Part shown: positions 20,107 through 29,924 of the stretch, piece by piece
Layout of the letters: every line of letters starts with the position of its first letter
How positions within the stretch are numbered: position 1 is the stretch's first letter
The notes under the pieces: generated by a model
Told to the model about the DNA's origin: nothing
What the model saw: only the letters and a program-made list of their open reading frames with translations
The model's database searches: none
From: Octopus sinensis
Taxonomy: Eukaryota
DNA: 30,610 nt
Direction: 5' to 3'
Assembly (NCBI RefSeq): GCF_006345805.1
Contig: NW_021833127.1
Coordinates: 1-30,610 of the forward strand
Program-made: the position numbers and the translations under genes

Positions 20107-20323
20107 ATAGCCTTTTAGGAAAAGATTTAGCACAAATCTATTGAGCTACCTGTCTGTCTGTCTACCTGCATGCCTCTATGTGTGTGTGTGTGGGTGTGTA
20201 GGTGTGTGGGTGTGTGTGTGTGTGTGTGCGTGTGTATATACTTTATAATTAGGGTTCAGCAACGATTTGCTTCACCAAACTTCGGTATGTGGTGAAGCAA
20301 ATCGTTGCTGAACCCTAATTATA
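20107..20323. repeat. Right arm of long inverted repeat plus perfect 34-bp hairpin
   Basis: 20244-20277 and 20290-20323 are exact reverse complements around the 12-nt loop aacttcggtatg. Confidence 0.9.
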
Positions 20324-20414
20324 TAGTATTACTTAAGCTTACCATGAAATGGTCCTTTTTATGCCGAATTCTACTTGGTGAAATTACTGATTACTTCTTA
20401 ATTAATTAGTTTTA

Positions 20415-20738
20415 TCATCATCATCATCATCATCATTTAGCGTCCGCTTTCCATGCTAGCATGGGTTGGACGGTTCAACTGGGGTCTGGGAAGCCAGAAG
20501 GCTGCACCAGGCCCAGTCTGATCTGGCAATGTTTCTACGGCTGGATGCCCTTCCTAACGCCAACCACTCCGTGAGTGTAGTGGGTACTTTTTACGTGCCA
20601 CCGGCACAGGTGCCAGACTCGTCTGGCAAACGGCCACGATCGGATGATGCTTTTTATGTGCCACCGGCATGGGGGCCAGGCGAGGCTGGCAACGGCCACG
20701 AACGGATGGTGCTTTTTACGTGCCACTGGCACAAGGCC
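20415..20738 (-). mobile_element. RTE 3' end (family A)
   Basis: (CAT)n tail, conserved block and about 3 internal units. Confidence 0.9.
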
Positions 20739-20769
20739 AGTCACCCTTTGTTATTATATATATATATAT

Positions 20770-20905
20770 ACCTTAAGAACGAGAACCCAGGTTCGAAATT
20801 TCCCGAAGACACCTGATGAAGGCTGGAGGGTATACCAGCCGAAACGTTGTGTTAACAACAAACAAGATGAGGACAAATTCCGTCAAATAATATAAATAAT
20901 GTAAA
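20770..20905 (+). mobile_element. Family F hammerhead module, 5'-truncated (no tRNA head)
   Basis: Aligns along its length with the reverse complement of 19068-19200; preceded by (TA)n. Confidence 0.8.
20808..20853 (+). ncRNA. Minimal type-I hammerhead ribozyme, intact core
   Basis: gacac-CTGATGA-A-ggctgg(agggtata)ccagcc-GAAA-CG-T-T-gtgtt. Helix I 5 bp (one G.U), helix II 6 bp perfect, loopless palindromic helix III ACGU, GUU triplet, extra A after A9. Confidence 0.7.
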
Positions 20906-20910
20906 GTGTC

Positions 20911-21372
20911 CTGAGAGAAAACTTGGGTACGAGAGACATCAGATGTGGTGTGTAAGCCAGACGAGTGTGCTGGTATGGTCATGTGATGCATATGAATGAG
21001 GACAGCTGTGTAAAGCAGTGCTGATCTGTAAGTGCGAAGGGAACCTGTGGTAGAGGTAGATCCAGGAAGGCATGGGACATGGATGATGAGAGCGCTGGAG
21101 GTAACGACAGGTGAGTCATACCTGTAACGATTTGCTGTGCATGAGAAGACACATCGAGTGAAGTAAAACTGCAGTTGTAGCCAGAGCTGGTGACACATTA
21201 AGGGCACCTACTAAACTCTTGGTGGGGTTGGCGTTAGGAAGGGCATCCATCCATAGTGACCATGCCTGAACAGACAACAAAGCCAAGTGCAGTTCTCTGG
21301 TTTACCATTTCCAGTCAAACCATCCAACCCATGCCAGCATGGAAAATGGATGCTAAGTGATGATGATGGTGA
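20911..21372 (+). mobile_element. 5'-truncated RTE LINE (ORF2 C-terminal relic + 3' UTR + (GAT)n)
   Basis: LRENLGTRDIRCGV*ARRVCWYGHVMHMNEDSCVKQC*SVSAKGTCGRGRSRKAW...RFAVHEKTHRVK*. WYGHV and GRGRxRKxW are RTE ORF2 motifs. Family A tail follows. Confidence 0.85.
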
Positions 21373-21393
21373 TACACACACACACATATATAT

Positions 21394-21622
21394 GTGGAGG
21401 CGTGTGGCTTAGTGGTTAGGGCGCCAGCACCATGATCGTAAGATAGTGGTTTCGATTCCTGGACCGGGCAATGTGTTGTGTTCTTGAGCAAAACACTTCA
21501 TTTCACGTTGCTCCAGTCCACTCAGCTGGCAAAAATGAGTAACGCTGCGATGGACTGGCGTCCCGTCCAGCTGGGGAACACATACGCCATAGAAACCGGG
21601 AAACTGGGCCATGAGCTTGGCA
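21394..21622 (+). mobile_element. tRNA-headed SINE family E
   Basis: A-box tggcttagtgg, ggtttcgattcc, core tgttcttgagcaaaacactt, tail gcgatggactggcgtcccgtccag...gaaaccgggaaac. Confidence 0.85.
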
Positions 21623-22149
21623 CATTTATTACTTATTTATATTTATATATATATATACACACACACACATATATATACATACACACACACATATATGTAT
21701 ATATATGTGTGTGTGTATACACACACATAGATCTGTGTAATGTGTCAGTATGTATGTGTACGAGTCGACCAATTAAAAGAAATTTTTGTTTTTTAAATTC
21801 CAATATAATCGCAATCTAAACACTCTGAAAGGCATTTGTAGAAAATTCCATTAAAAAAATACCAATTTTTTTCCTGAAAGTTACGAGAAAACAAAGAGAA
21901 ACTCGTTGAATTTTCAGAAACTCTTCGACCCATTCCCGGGGAAAACTTTTTTCGCAACAAATCCCGATACAGTCAGACTCTACACCACCAGAAGTGTATT
22001 TGTAGGAAATTTCATTACAAAATATCAATTTTTCTAGAAGTTGTGAGGCAACAAACTCGGTGTGGGTGGTCACATTTGTGTAGGTACACCTATAAAGAAA
22101 AAGACATCCATCTAGTTCTTCATTTTAATGGGTACTGCTTTAACGGTAA

Positions 22150-22270
22150 ATACATCTGCGTAACCCCTAATCCTAACCGACCCTAAAACTAACCCTAAAG
22201 CCCTAACTAGTGAGCCCTGTAAAAACATCGTTACGTAGATGCATCGGGGTCTCTGTATTTAAGTAGCGCC
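22150..22270. repeat. Degenerate (CCCTAA/CCTAAC)n tract inside a 12-bp inverted repeat
   Basis: catctgcgtaac (22153-22164) pairs with gttacgtagatg (22230-22241), 1 mismatch. Confidence 0.55.
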
Positions 22271-22364
22271 TTTTAATAATTAATACTTTGGTGCTTTATT
22301 TTATCGATATCCTCGCCCTGGGAAGTAAAAGAAAAAAAAGAAAGAAAAAAAAGGACCTGGGTGG

Positions 22365-22440
22365 GACCGAACTCAGAACGAAAGAAACCGTGCTTGAATA
22401 CCACAAGGTATTTTTATCCGACGTTCCACCGAAGGCGGAA
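22365..22440 (-). mobile_element. Diverged family-C-like tRNA head
   Basis: Minus ...ggtggaacgtcggataaaaataccttgtggtattc...cgttctgagttcggtccc resembles the C head cgttctgagttcaaattcc. Confidence 0.4.
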
Positions 22441-22732
22441 GAATGAATGAACGACTGAATGGGGGGGGGGAATGGAGGAAAGAAAAAAGAATTAATTACG
22501 TAAAAAGGTTATCTAGAAAATCAGAGGAATACGTACCCCGGGGTGGCTGGGCGCTACGGGTGGGGATCGTTACGATTGACAGAAGGGGGAAAAAAACTAT
22601 ATTAATATATTTGAAGGAGTTGCCCCAGTATGATTAACTAGGGAAATTATACATACATGCACACACACACACACACTTATATATATATATATATGTATAT
22701 ATATGTATATAGGTGTGTGTATATATATATAA

Positions 22733-22768
<36 letters not shown>

Positions 22769-22820
22769 GGTATACATGTGATTGAGCGTACGCGTGCTTG
22801 TCTCTGTGTGTGTGTATATG

Positions 22821-22854
<34 letters not shown>

Positions 22855-23266
22855 AAGGATCTTTTCCACACATATAACGGTGGGATGGTCGCGGCTAGAA
22901 TGTCTTTAAATGATATATATGTGTGTGTATGTATGTATACACAGACACACACACACAAATATATACATGTATGTGTGTGTGAGTGTGAAATATGAAAACA
23001 AAGCAATAGATTTGCCCTCGGTCAAACTACTGGATCAGGCAAACCAGTGATATATAATCAAAGTCTTTCCAGCCGTGACTATCCCGCCTCTATGTAATGC
23101 ATCCCTGATCCACAGTGTCTAATTTATCTCTTTTGTAAAACTGCAGAGTGCGTGCGTAATATAAAGGAAGCTCGTTTGGCTGCTGTTTCTAGCACGCGAT
23201 TTCCATCCCACCCGTTTCGCTGAATGAATGGAAAAAAAAAAAAATAGATATATCAAAATTGCGTAC

Positions 23267-23440
23267 CTGACTGGTGAGCGTGGGACTTTCATCCGTGTCT
23301 GGCGCCGAATCTGTAGTGGTGGTAAACCCAGGGGTCACTTCGGAGGTGGTGAGAAGAAGGCTCACCTTCGAGGGGTCTGAGAGAGGTAGAAATTTGGTGG
23401 CGATGGTCGTGGTGGAGGGCGATCGATCCTGCCCTGCCAT
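23267..23440 (-). CDS. Candidate first coding exon, Ser/Thr-rich N-terminus (58 aa, phase 0)
   Basis: MAGQDRSP...SPTLTSQ ends exactly at CAG|GTACGC. Unique non-repeat sequence, CT-rich leader upstream and CpG-rich region beyond. No homolog recognised. Confidence 0.4.
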
Positions 23441-23559
23441 TTATGTTAGTGGGAGAGAAAGAAAGAAAAAACAGAAGACAGAGAGACAGAGAGAGAGAGC
23501 TCTTTGCTTCTCTGTCTCTTCGGAACCGTGTGTTTGTGTATGTGTGTGTGACTGACTGC

Positions 23560-23700
23560 GGCGAGCGAGGAGCGAACCCCGCTGCTACGACGTCAAGCGA
23601 GATGAGGCAGACGACCGCCTCTGACAGGTGCGTTCAGACACATGATGATCATAGCGTAAACAATGAGGCAGGCTACTACTTCCGGTTGGCCGAGGAATTC
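23560..23700 (-). promoter_or_regulatory. CpG-rich promoter-like island
   Basis: Canonical ETS site CCGGAAGT (minus, 23678-23685), CRE-like TGACGTCG (minus, 23588-23595) and local CpG enrichment upstream of the candidate exon. Confidence 0.35.
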
Positions 23701-23739
23701 TGGGAAATAATATGAGATTTATTTTTGCTTCTGTACAAA

Positions 23740-24001
23740 GGTGTGTGTGTGAATGAGTGTACGTATGTGTGTGTGTGTGTGTGTATGTGTGTGTGTGTGT
23801 GCGTTAATAATGAGATTACTGTAGTCAGTGCTAAGAAGAAGGAAAGCTTGTTGACGTACGTAGGTGTGTGTGTGTGACTGTGTGTGTGTGTGTATGTGTG
23901 TGTGTGTGTGTGTATGTGTCAGTCTCCACACATGTAATATCTTTATATATTATGTATGTCTGTACTTGCGCATGTATGTGTGTGTGTGTGTATATGTATA
24001 T

Positions 24002-24068
<67 letters not shown>

Positions 24069-24161
24069 TATATATTATATATATGTATGTATATATGTAT
24101 ATATATATGTATGTATATATATATATGATATATATATATATATGTATGTATATATATATAT

Positions 24162-24210
<49 letters not shown>

Positions 24211-24365
24211 TATGCACACACACACATACATGCGCAAGTACAGACATATATAAATATATATATATATATTGTGAGTGTGTATTTGTGTATATGTATGTTT
24301 GTGTATGTATGTACGTACATCTGTATGTATATGTATGCATGAGTGCATATGTGTGTGTGTGTGTG
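23740..24365. repeat. Compound (TG)n/(TA)n microsatellite field
   Basis: Directly visible. Confidence 0.95.
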
Positions 24366-24429
24366 CACACCTGTATATTTAAGTAACTACCTAACTGTGA
24401 TTTCTGAATGAGTGAGTGTATAAATGTTT

Positions 24430-24492
24430 ATCCATGCATGCATGCATGTATGTGTGTATGCATGTATGTGTGTATGTATGTATGTATGTATG

Positions 24493-24525
<33 letters not shown>

Positions 24526-24770
24526 GTGTGTGTGTATGTATGTATGTATGTATGTATGTATGTATGTATGTATGTATGTATGTATGTATGTATGAATGTA
24601 TGTATGTATGTGTGTGTGTATGTGTGTGTGTGTGTATGTGTGTGTGTGTATGTATGTATGTATGTATGAATGTATGTGTGTATGTATGTATGCTTGTATG
24701 TACGTATGTATTTTTATATGTATGTATGTAGATGTGTTTGTATGTATATATTTATATATGTATGTGATAA
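24430..24770. repeat. (TATG)n/(TG)n microsatellite
   Basis: Directly visible. Confidence 0.95.
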
Positions 24771-24872
24771 TTCAGTTTTATTTCCTTGCCAATAGAGAAA
24801 TAACCGGTCTCTAGCCTAGATCCAGGGCTCCTTCACTGGAATTTCAACATCAACAACAGGGTATGTATGTAG

Positions 24873-25012
24873 GTATGTGCCACCGGCATGGGTGCCATTT
24901 GCGTCACACCAGTATTTGCCACGGCTGCGATTTTGCTTAGCTTGATGGGTCTTCTCCTCAAGCACGTCATGATGCCAAAGGTCTTGGTCCTTGCGTCTGT
25001 GAGGCCCAACTC
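24873..25012 (-). mobile_element. RTE ORF2 C-terminus/UTR junction fragment
   Basis: Minus frame QDLWHHDVLEEKTHQAK; homologous to 18900-19035. Confidence 0.7.
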
Positions 25013-25054
25013 TTGATTTGAACTCAGCCCCTTTGTCTCCGTACCTAAATACAC

Positions 25055-25107
25055 GAACAGGAATGTGAAACTCTGAGTAACAGTTTTTGTGATATTTTTA
25101 CTGCTTT
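25055..25107 (+). mobile_element. Family G fragment with 3' half of hammerhead motif
   Basis: gt-GAAACTCTGAGTA-acagttttt followed by the tail shared with copies 1 and 2. Confidence 0.55.
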
Positions 25108-25297
25108 AGGAGTGGATGTGTGGTAAGTAGCTTGCTTACCAACCACATGGTTCCGGGTTCAGTCCCACTGCGTGGCACCTTGGGCAAGTGTCTTCTACTA
25201 TAGCCTCGGGCCGGCCAATGCCTTGTGAGTGGATTTGGTAGACGGAAACTGAAAGAAGACTGTCGATATATGTATATATATATATATTATATATATA

Positions 25298-25338
<41 letters not shown>

Positions 25339-25561
25339 TATATATATATATGCGTGTGTGTGTTTGTCCCCCTAGCATTGCTTTACAACCCGGTGGTGTT
25401 GTTTGTCCCCGTTACTTAGCGGTTCGGCAAAAGAGACGATAGAATAAGTACTGGGCTTACAAGAAAAGTCCCGGGGTCGAGTTCTCTCGATTAAAGGCGG
25501 TGCTCCAGCATGGCCACAGTCAAATGACTGAAACAAGTAAAAGAGTAAAAAGAGTAAAGAG
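25108..25561 (+). mobile_element. SINE family B, near full length
   Basis: Aligns to the B consensus; long central (TA)n. Confidence 0.9.
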
Positions 25562-25567
25562 TATATA

Positions 25568-26185
25568 CTCGGTCTGATCAATAAGTATCTGGGTTGTTGC
25601 CATAGTAACGAAGCTAATGCATGTAGAGTGAAGCCGCTGAGCAAAGATTGACCTTGACCTCTGCTGTGTATGCACATTAAGTTTTAACTTTCTAGCTCAC
25701 TTCTGCTGTTTACAGCAGTACTTGGAAGGAAGGTGTGTAGCGTGTGATCGTTGCATTGACCATAACAGAGAAAGTTGTCGTAGTGATACCTGCTCAGTGG
25801 ACGACTCAAAGTTGTACACAGTGTATGGAGAGGGGTGTATGAGCCACAAACAAGTGTACGGGTGGTTCAGACGTTTCCAAGATGACCAAAAAAATGTCGA
25901 TATTGACGAACATTCTGTGAGACCCGTAACCAGCAGAACTGAGAAAAACATCGCAGATGTGTGTGCAGCTGTAAGGGGAAATCATCGAATCACCATTTGT
26001 GAGTTATGAGAGGATGTCCAGATTAGTTACAGTTCAGTTCAGTCCATTATCACAGAAGATTTGGATATGAGACGTGTGTCTGCCAAGTTTGTGCCAAAAC
26101 TGCTTTCAGCTGACCAAGAAGACACTCGGCTTTCAGTTGCACAAGATCTCCTTGATTGTGTTGAGAAGGATGAAAGCAGTTTGGA
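25568..26185 (+). mobile_element. Mariner transposon, 5' half (decayed transposase N-terminus)
   Basis: TA|ctcggtctgatcaataagtat terminus. Translation SKLYTVYGEGCMSHKQVYGWFRRF...HSVRPVTSRTE...NHRITICEL*EDVQISYSSVQSIITEDLDMRRVSAKFVPKLL fits mariner HTH domains and the WVP-like linker. The catalytic domain is absent. Confidence 0.85.
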
Positions 26186-26189
26186 AACT

Positions 26190-26321
26190 TTTCGGTGTAT
26201 CTCAACCAGAAAAATGTTCACTTAAAGAGAATAAGCTACATAATATAAAATTTTTACTTTTCAGAAATTCCAATTCTAAAGGGTTGAAACAAACCCGAGC
26301 AACACCGGGCGATACTGCTAG
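26190..26321 (+). mobile_element. Helitron 3'-end fragment
   Basis: aaacccgagcaacaccgggcgatactg-CTAG|T; homologous to the reverse complement of 9178-9315. Confidence 0.75.
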
Positions 26322-26343
26322 TAGTAAAAAAGAATTGAGAAAT

Positions 26344-26604
26344 CTGAGCAGGTATCACCAAGTTTTTGGCAAAATTTGATGCAGATTCTCTCCTCAACTT
26401 TCTATGTCATGGTCAATGCGACAATCACATGCTACGCACCTTCCTTCCAAGCATTGCTGTAAACAACGGAAGCAAGCTAGAACATTAAAACTTAGTGCGC
26501 ATGCATAGCAGAGTTCAAGACCAATCTGTACCAAGCAGCTTCACTCAGTGAGCTTTAGCTTCGTTTCTATGGCAACAATCCGGATACTTATTGATCAAGC
26601 CATG
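26344..26604 (-). mobile_element. Second mariner 5' end in inverted orientation
   Basis: TA|catggcttgatcaataagtatccgg; leader homologous to 25568-25797; ATG at 26410 reads MT*KVEERICIKFCQKLGDTCS. Confidence 0.85.
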
Positions 26605-26699
26605 TATATATCCACATATATACACATTTGGTGTTGGTGGTGGTGGAGTCGTTAATGGTAGCTTTAGTAACAATGGCTAGTGTGTTAGTGATAGCTACG

Positions 26700-26714
26700 A
26701 TAATAATAGTAGTG

Positions 26715-26753
<39 letters not shown>

Positions 26754-27059
26754 TAGTAGTAGTAGTAGTTTGTTGTGGTGGTGACAGCGACTCTAGATAA
26801 TGATGCACTGTCAGAAATATGTGGTGGCGGTGGTAGTGTGTGTGTATGTGTGTGTGTATGTGTGTGTGTGTGTATGTGTGTGTGTATGTGTGTGTGGTGT
26901 GTGTGTGTGTGTGTGTATTGGTGTGTGTTGATGTGTGTGTGTGTGTATGTGTGTGTATGTGTGTGTGTCTGAGTGTATGTGTGTGTATGTGTGTGTGTGT
27001 ATGTGTGTGTGTGTGTATGTGTGTGTATATATGTGTGTGTGTGTGTGTGAGTGTATATA

Positions 27060-27090
<31 letters not shown>

Positions 27091-27107
27091 GTGTGTGTGT
27101 GAGTGTA

Positions 27108-27156
<49 letters not shown>
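26700..27156. repeat. (TAG)n then (TG)n microsatellites
   Basis: Directly visible. Confidence 0.95.
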
Positions 27157-27157
<1 letters not shown>

Positions 27158-27344
27158 GTCCTTAGGAAAGACCGATTGAAATTCCAGGAACAACACAAGA
27201 CTGTAATTATCAGTGGAAACTAGCAGAGCATAGACACACACACACACACACATATACATATATACAACACATTATACATACATTCACATATATGTGTGTG
27301 TGTGTGTGTATCATCATCTCATACCCCTAGCTTGCATCTGCGAC

Positions 27345-27366
27345 AGTAGTAGTGGTGCTGGTGATG

Positions 27367-27408
<42 letters not shown>

Positions 27409-27525
27409 GTGATGGTGGTGGTGGTGGTAGTAGTAGTAGTAGTGATGGTGGTGGTGGTGGTGGTAGTGGTGGTGGTGGTGGTGGTAGTGGTGGTGGTGGT
27501 GGTAGTAGTTGTAGTAGTAGTAGTG

Positions 27526-27561
<36 letters not shown>

Positions 27562-27562
27562 T
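27345..27562. repeat. (GTA/GGT)n microsatellite
   Basis: Directly visible. Confidence 0.95.
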
Positions 27563-27844
27563 GGTGGGGAGGGGTAAGTCGGGCACAGTAGCGGGGCATT
27601 GCTGCATCCGCCATTTGTTGGTGGTTCCCTACTATTCCCGAGCCAGTGACCCCTTTGCACCACTCAGGGGACACCCTTCCAACCCATGGCTCCTACCTCA
27701 ACCTCTATTAGTTACCTTTCTCCGATGTGCCGAGGGAATGTTGGGTCCATTCTTTGACCTGTCCGTTCCCACACAGCCCCAGAGCAAGGCGAAACAATAT
27801 CTCCAGCCCCCTTTTCTGGTGGAGTTGGTGTCGCTGACCAATTG

Positions 27845-28520
27845 ACATTTTCCACGTCTGCTGCTGGAGAGGACCGACCAGGTAATGGACCTGGGTACCT
27901 TGGTGGATTCTTCCTTTTCGCCTTCGGCCCAGTGCGTCCATGCTGCCAACAAAGCACACGGAGTTCTGTTTTTGATTCAACGGTCATTCGGAATGCTCAC
28001 AGCAGCCATATTCCTACCACTCTATGTCACGCTGGTCACGGGATTCAAGCCTCTTCTCCTTATCTCCTCAAAGACATACATCATCTCGAAAGAGTCCAGA
28101 GGCTGGCTACCCGCATGGTTCTTGGTCTCAAAAATTTGTCCTACGAAGAAAGGCTGAGGACGCTCGACCTTTATTCTCTTGAAAAACGCCGCCGCTGTGG
28201 TGATCTCATTCTCGCCCACAACATCATAAGCGGAAAGTGTAACCTCTCGAAAGAGCTGTTCTTCACTCCTGCTCCAGAGCGTCGGCTGCGGGGTCACTCA
28301 GAAAAGCTCTACTTGCGACGATTTCATCTCAATTGAAGGAGAGGGGCTTTCTCCGTCCGGGTTGCGGATCCGTGGAACAAGCTGCCGGACGAGATGGTGA
28401 AGATGCCGACGACCGCTCGGTTCAAAGTCTCTCTTGACCACAAGTGGCCTGAACTCTTTACATGAATACCACCCTGTACATAACTCCATGTCCCCCTACA
28501 TGGCCTTTTTTTTATGCTTT
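27845..28520 (+). mobile_element. CR1-clade LINE, 5'-truncated ORF2 C-terminus and 3' UTR
   Basis: DLGTLVDSSFSPSAQCVHAANKA...LPLYVTLV / IQASSPYLLKDIHHLERVQRLATRM...LSYEERLRTLDLYSLEKRRRCGDLI...RGHSEKL...FSVRVADPWNKLP. These are CR1 C-terminal motifs (LERVQRxAT, YEERL, LE.RR.RGDLI, WN.LP), with one frameshifting deletion and one stop. Confidence 0.92.
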
Positions 28521-28957
28521 TTGCTTTTCTCCGGAAAGATTGGTTTTCTTCAACTTAAGAAAACCGATTTTTCTTCACACACATACACACACACACACAT
28601 ATATATATATACAAACACTCATTTACACAGGTCAGGATTCCATATAGTTTCCATGTCCCATATTTACTAATTAAGCATTGATCAGCCTGGGTTTATAGTA
28701 GGACACACAGAACACACACACACACACACACACACACAGACTTATACATACACAGACTACCAATCAACACTCAAGCCATTCGTTAGCACTCTAAGCCTTA
28801 CTAATTAATCCAATTAATTAATTTAATCTAGATTGAAATGGACAGCTTCGTAAGAAAAACACAATTATAAAAAAATTCCTTTCATTTGTTGTGGACAGTT
28901 GTAGCATGGTCGTGGCACACATGTGACATCGCATTGTCACAATCCTTCCTCGCATTA

Positions 28958-29412
28958 CCACCACCACCACCACCATCACATTCACCATCACCACCACCAG
29001 GGCCACCACCACCATCACCATCACCACGACCATCACCACCACCAGGGCCTACCACCATCACTATCGCATTCATTCACCACAACCACAACCACCATCTCCC
29101 AACCAGGGCCCCACCACCACCACCACCACCACCACCACCACCACACCACCACCACCACCCAACAACCACCACCACCACCACCGCCACAACCGCCACACCA
29201 CCACCACCGCCACAACCGCCACACCACCACCACCATCACCACCACCACCACCACACCCCTCACCACCACCACCCACCACCACCACAACCACTACTACCAC
29301 CACCATCACCACCAGCACCACCACAAGCACCCACCACTATCACCACTCCCACCCCAACCAGGGCCACCACCACCACCACCATCACCACCGCCACCACCAC
29401 CACCACCACCTC
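28958..29412. repeat. (CAC)n imperfect microsatellite
   Basis: Directly visible; recurring cagggcc(a/t)cc interruptions. Confidence 0.95.
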
Positions 29413-29559
29413 ACCTTCCATCCCCTCCTCTCACGTGTAACATTCCAATCTTTCCATAAGCTTTGTCTTACTCTGAATTCCAATAAAAAACCATCAAAAA
29501 ACCAAACCCCAAACGCATCCTTGGCACCCAACTGCAGGCGCTACTTACATACAGTCAGG

Positions 29560-29723
29560 GGCAGGAGGAGTGGCTCTGGGCTAAGAAGCTTGATTCCCAA
29601 CCACATGGTTCCAGGTTCAGTCCCACTGCGTGGCACCTTGGGCAAATGTCTTCTACTATAGCCTTCAGCCAACCAAAGCCGTGTAAGTGGATTTGGCAGA
29701 TGGAAACTGAAAGAAGCCTGTCG
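29560..29723 (+). mobile_element. SINE family B, left half; inverted B-tail fragment at 29750-29803
   Basis: Head and core align to B; gtggccatgctggggcaccgcc is the reverse complement of the B tail. Confidence 0.8.
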
Positions 29724-29845
29724 TGTATATATATGTATATATATATATTTTTTTATTTTATCTAGTTTCAGCTCACGAGATGTGGCCATGCTGGGGCACC
29801 GCCATATATATGCGAGTGGTAATCAAAACAGAGACAGAAACAGAC

Positions 29846-29854
29846 AGTGAGGCC

Positions 29855-29922
<68 letters not shown>
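29846..29922. repeat. (GA)n microsatellite
   Basis: Directly visible. Confidence 0.95.

Positions 29923-29924
<2 letters not shown>

Noticed and set aside
21768-22135. Possible TA-flanked DNA transposon (tacgagtcgaccaattaaaag start)
   Set aside because: Only a weak partial match at the putative right end and no transposase motif found.
23274-23555. Plus-strand 93-codon ORF
   Set aside because: GTG start, no upstream acceptor (A-rich flank), runs into GA/TG repeats; the minus-strand reading has ATG and a donor.
27294-27845. Gly/Ser-rich 183-codon ORF ahead of the CR1 fragment
   Set aside because: GTG start inside a TG repeat, middle is (GTA/GGT)n, and the remainder has no recognisable motif.
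28542-28565. Hairpin plus T-run resembling an intrinsic terminator
   Set aside because: Eukaryotic DNA; the 9-bp AT-rich stem beside the CR1 3' UTR has no supporting context.
28886-29459. Pro/His/Thr-rich extensin-like ORFs
   Set aside because: (CAC)n microsatellite open in multiple frames.
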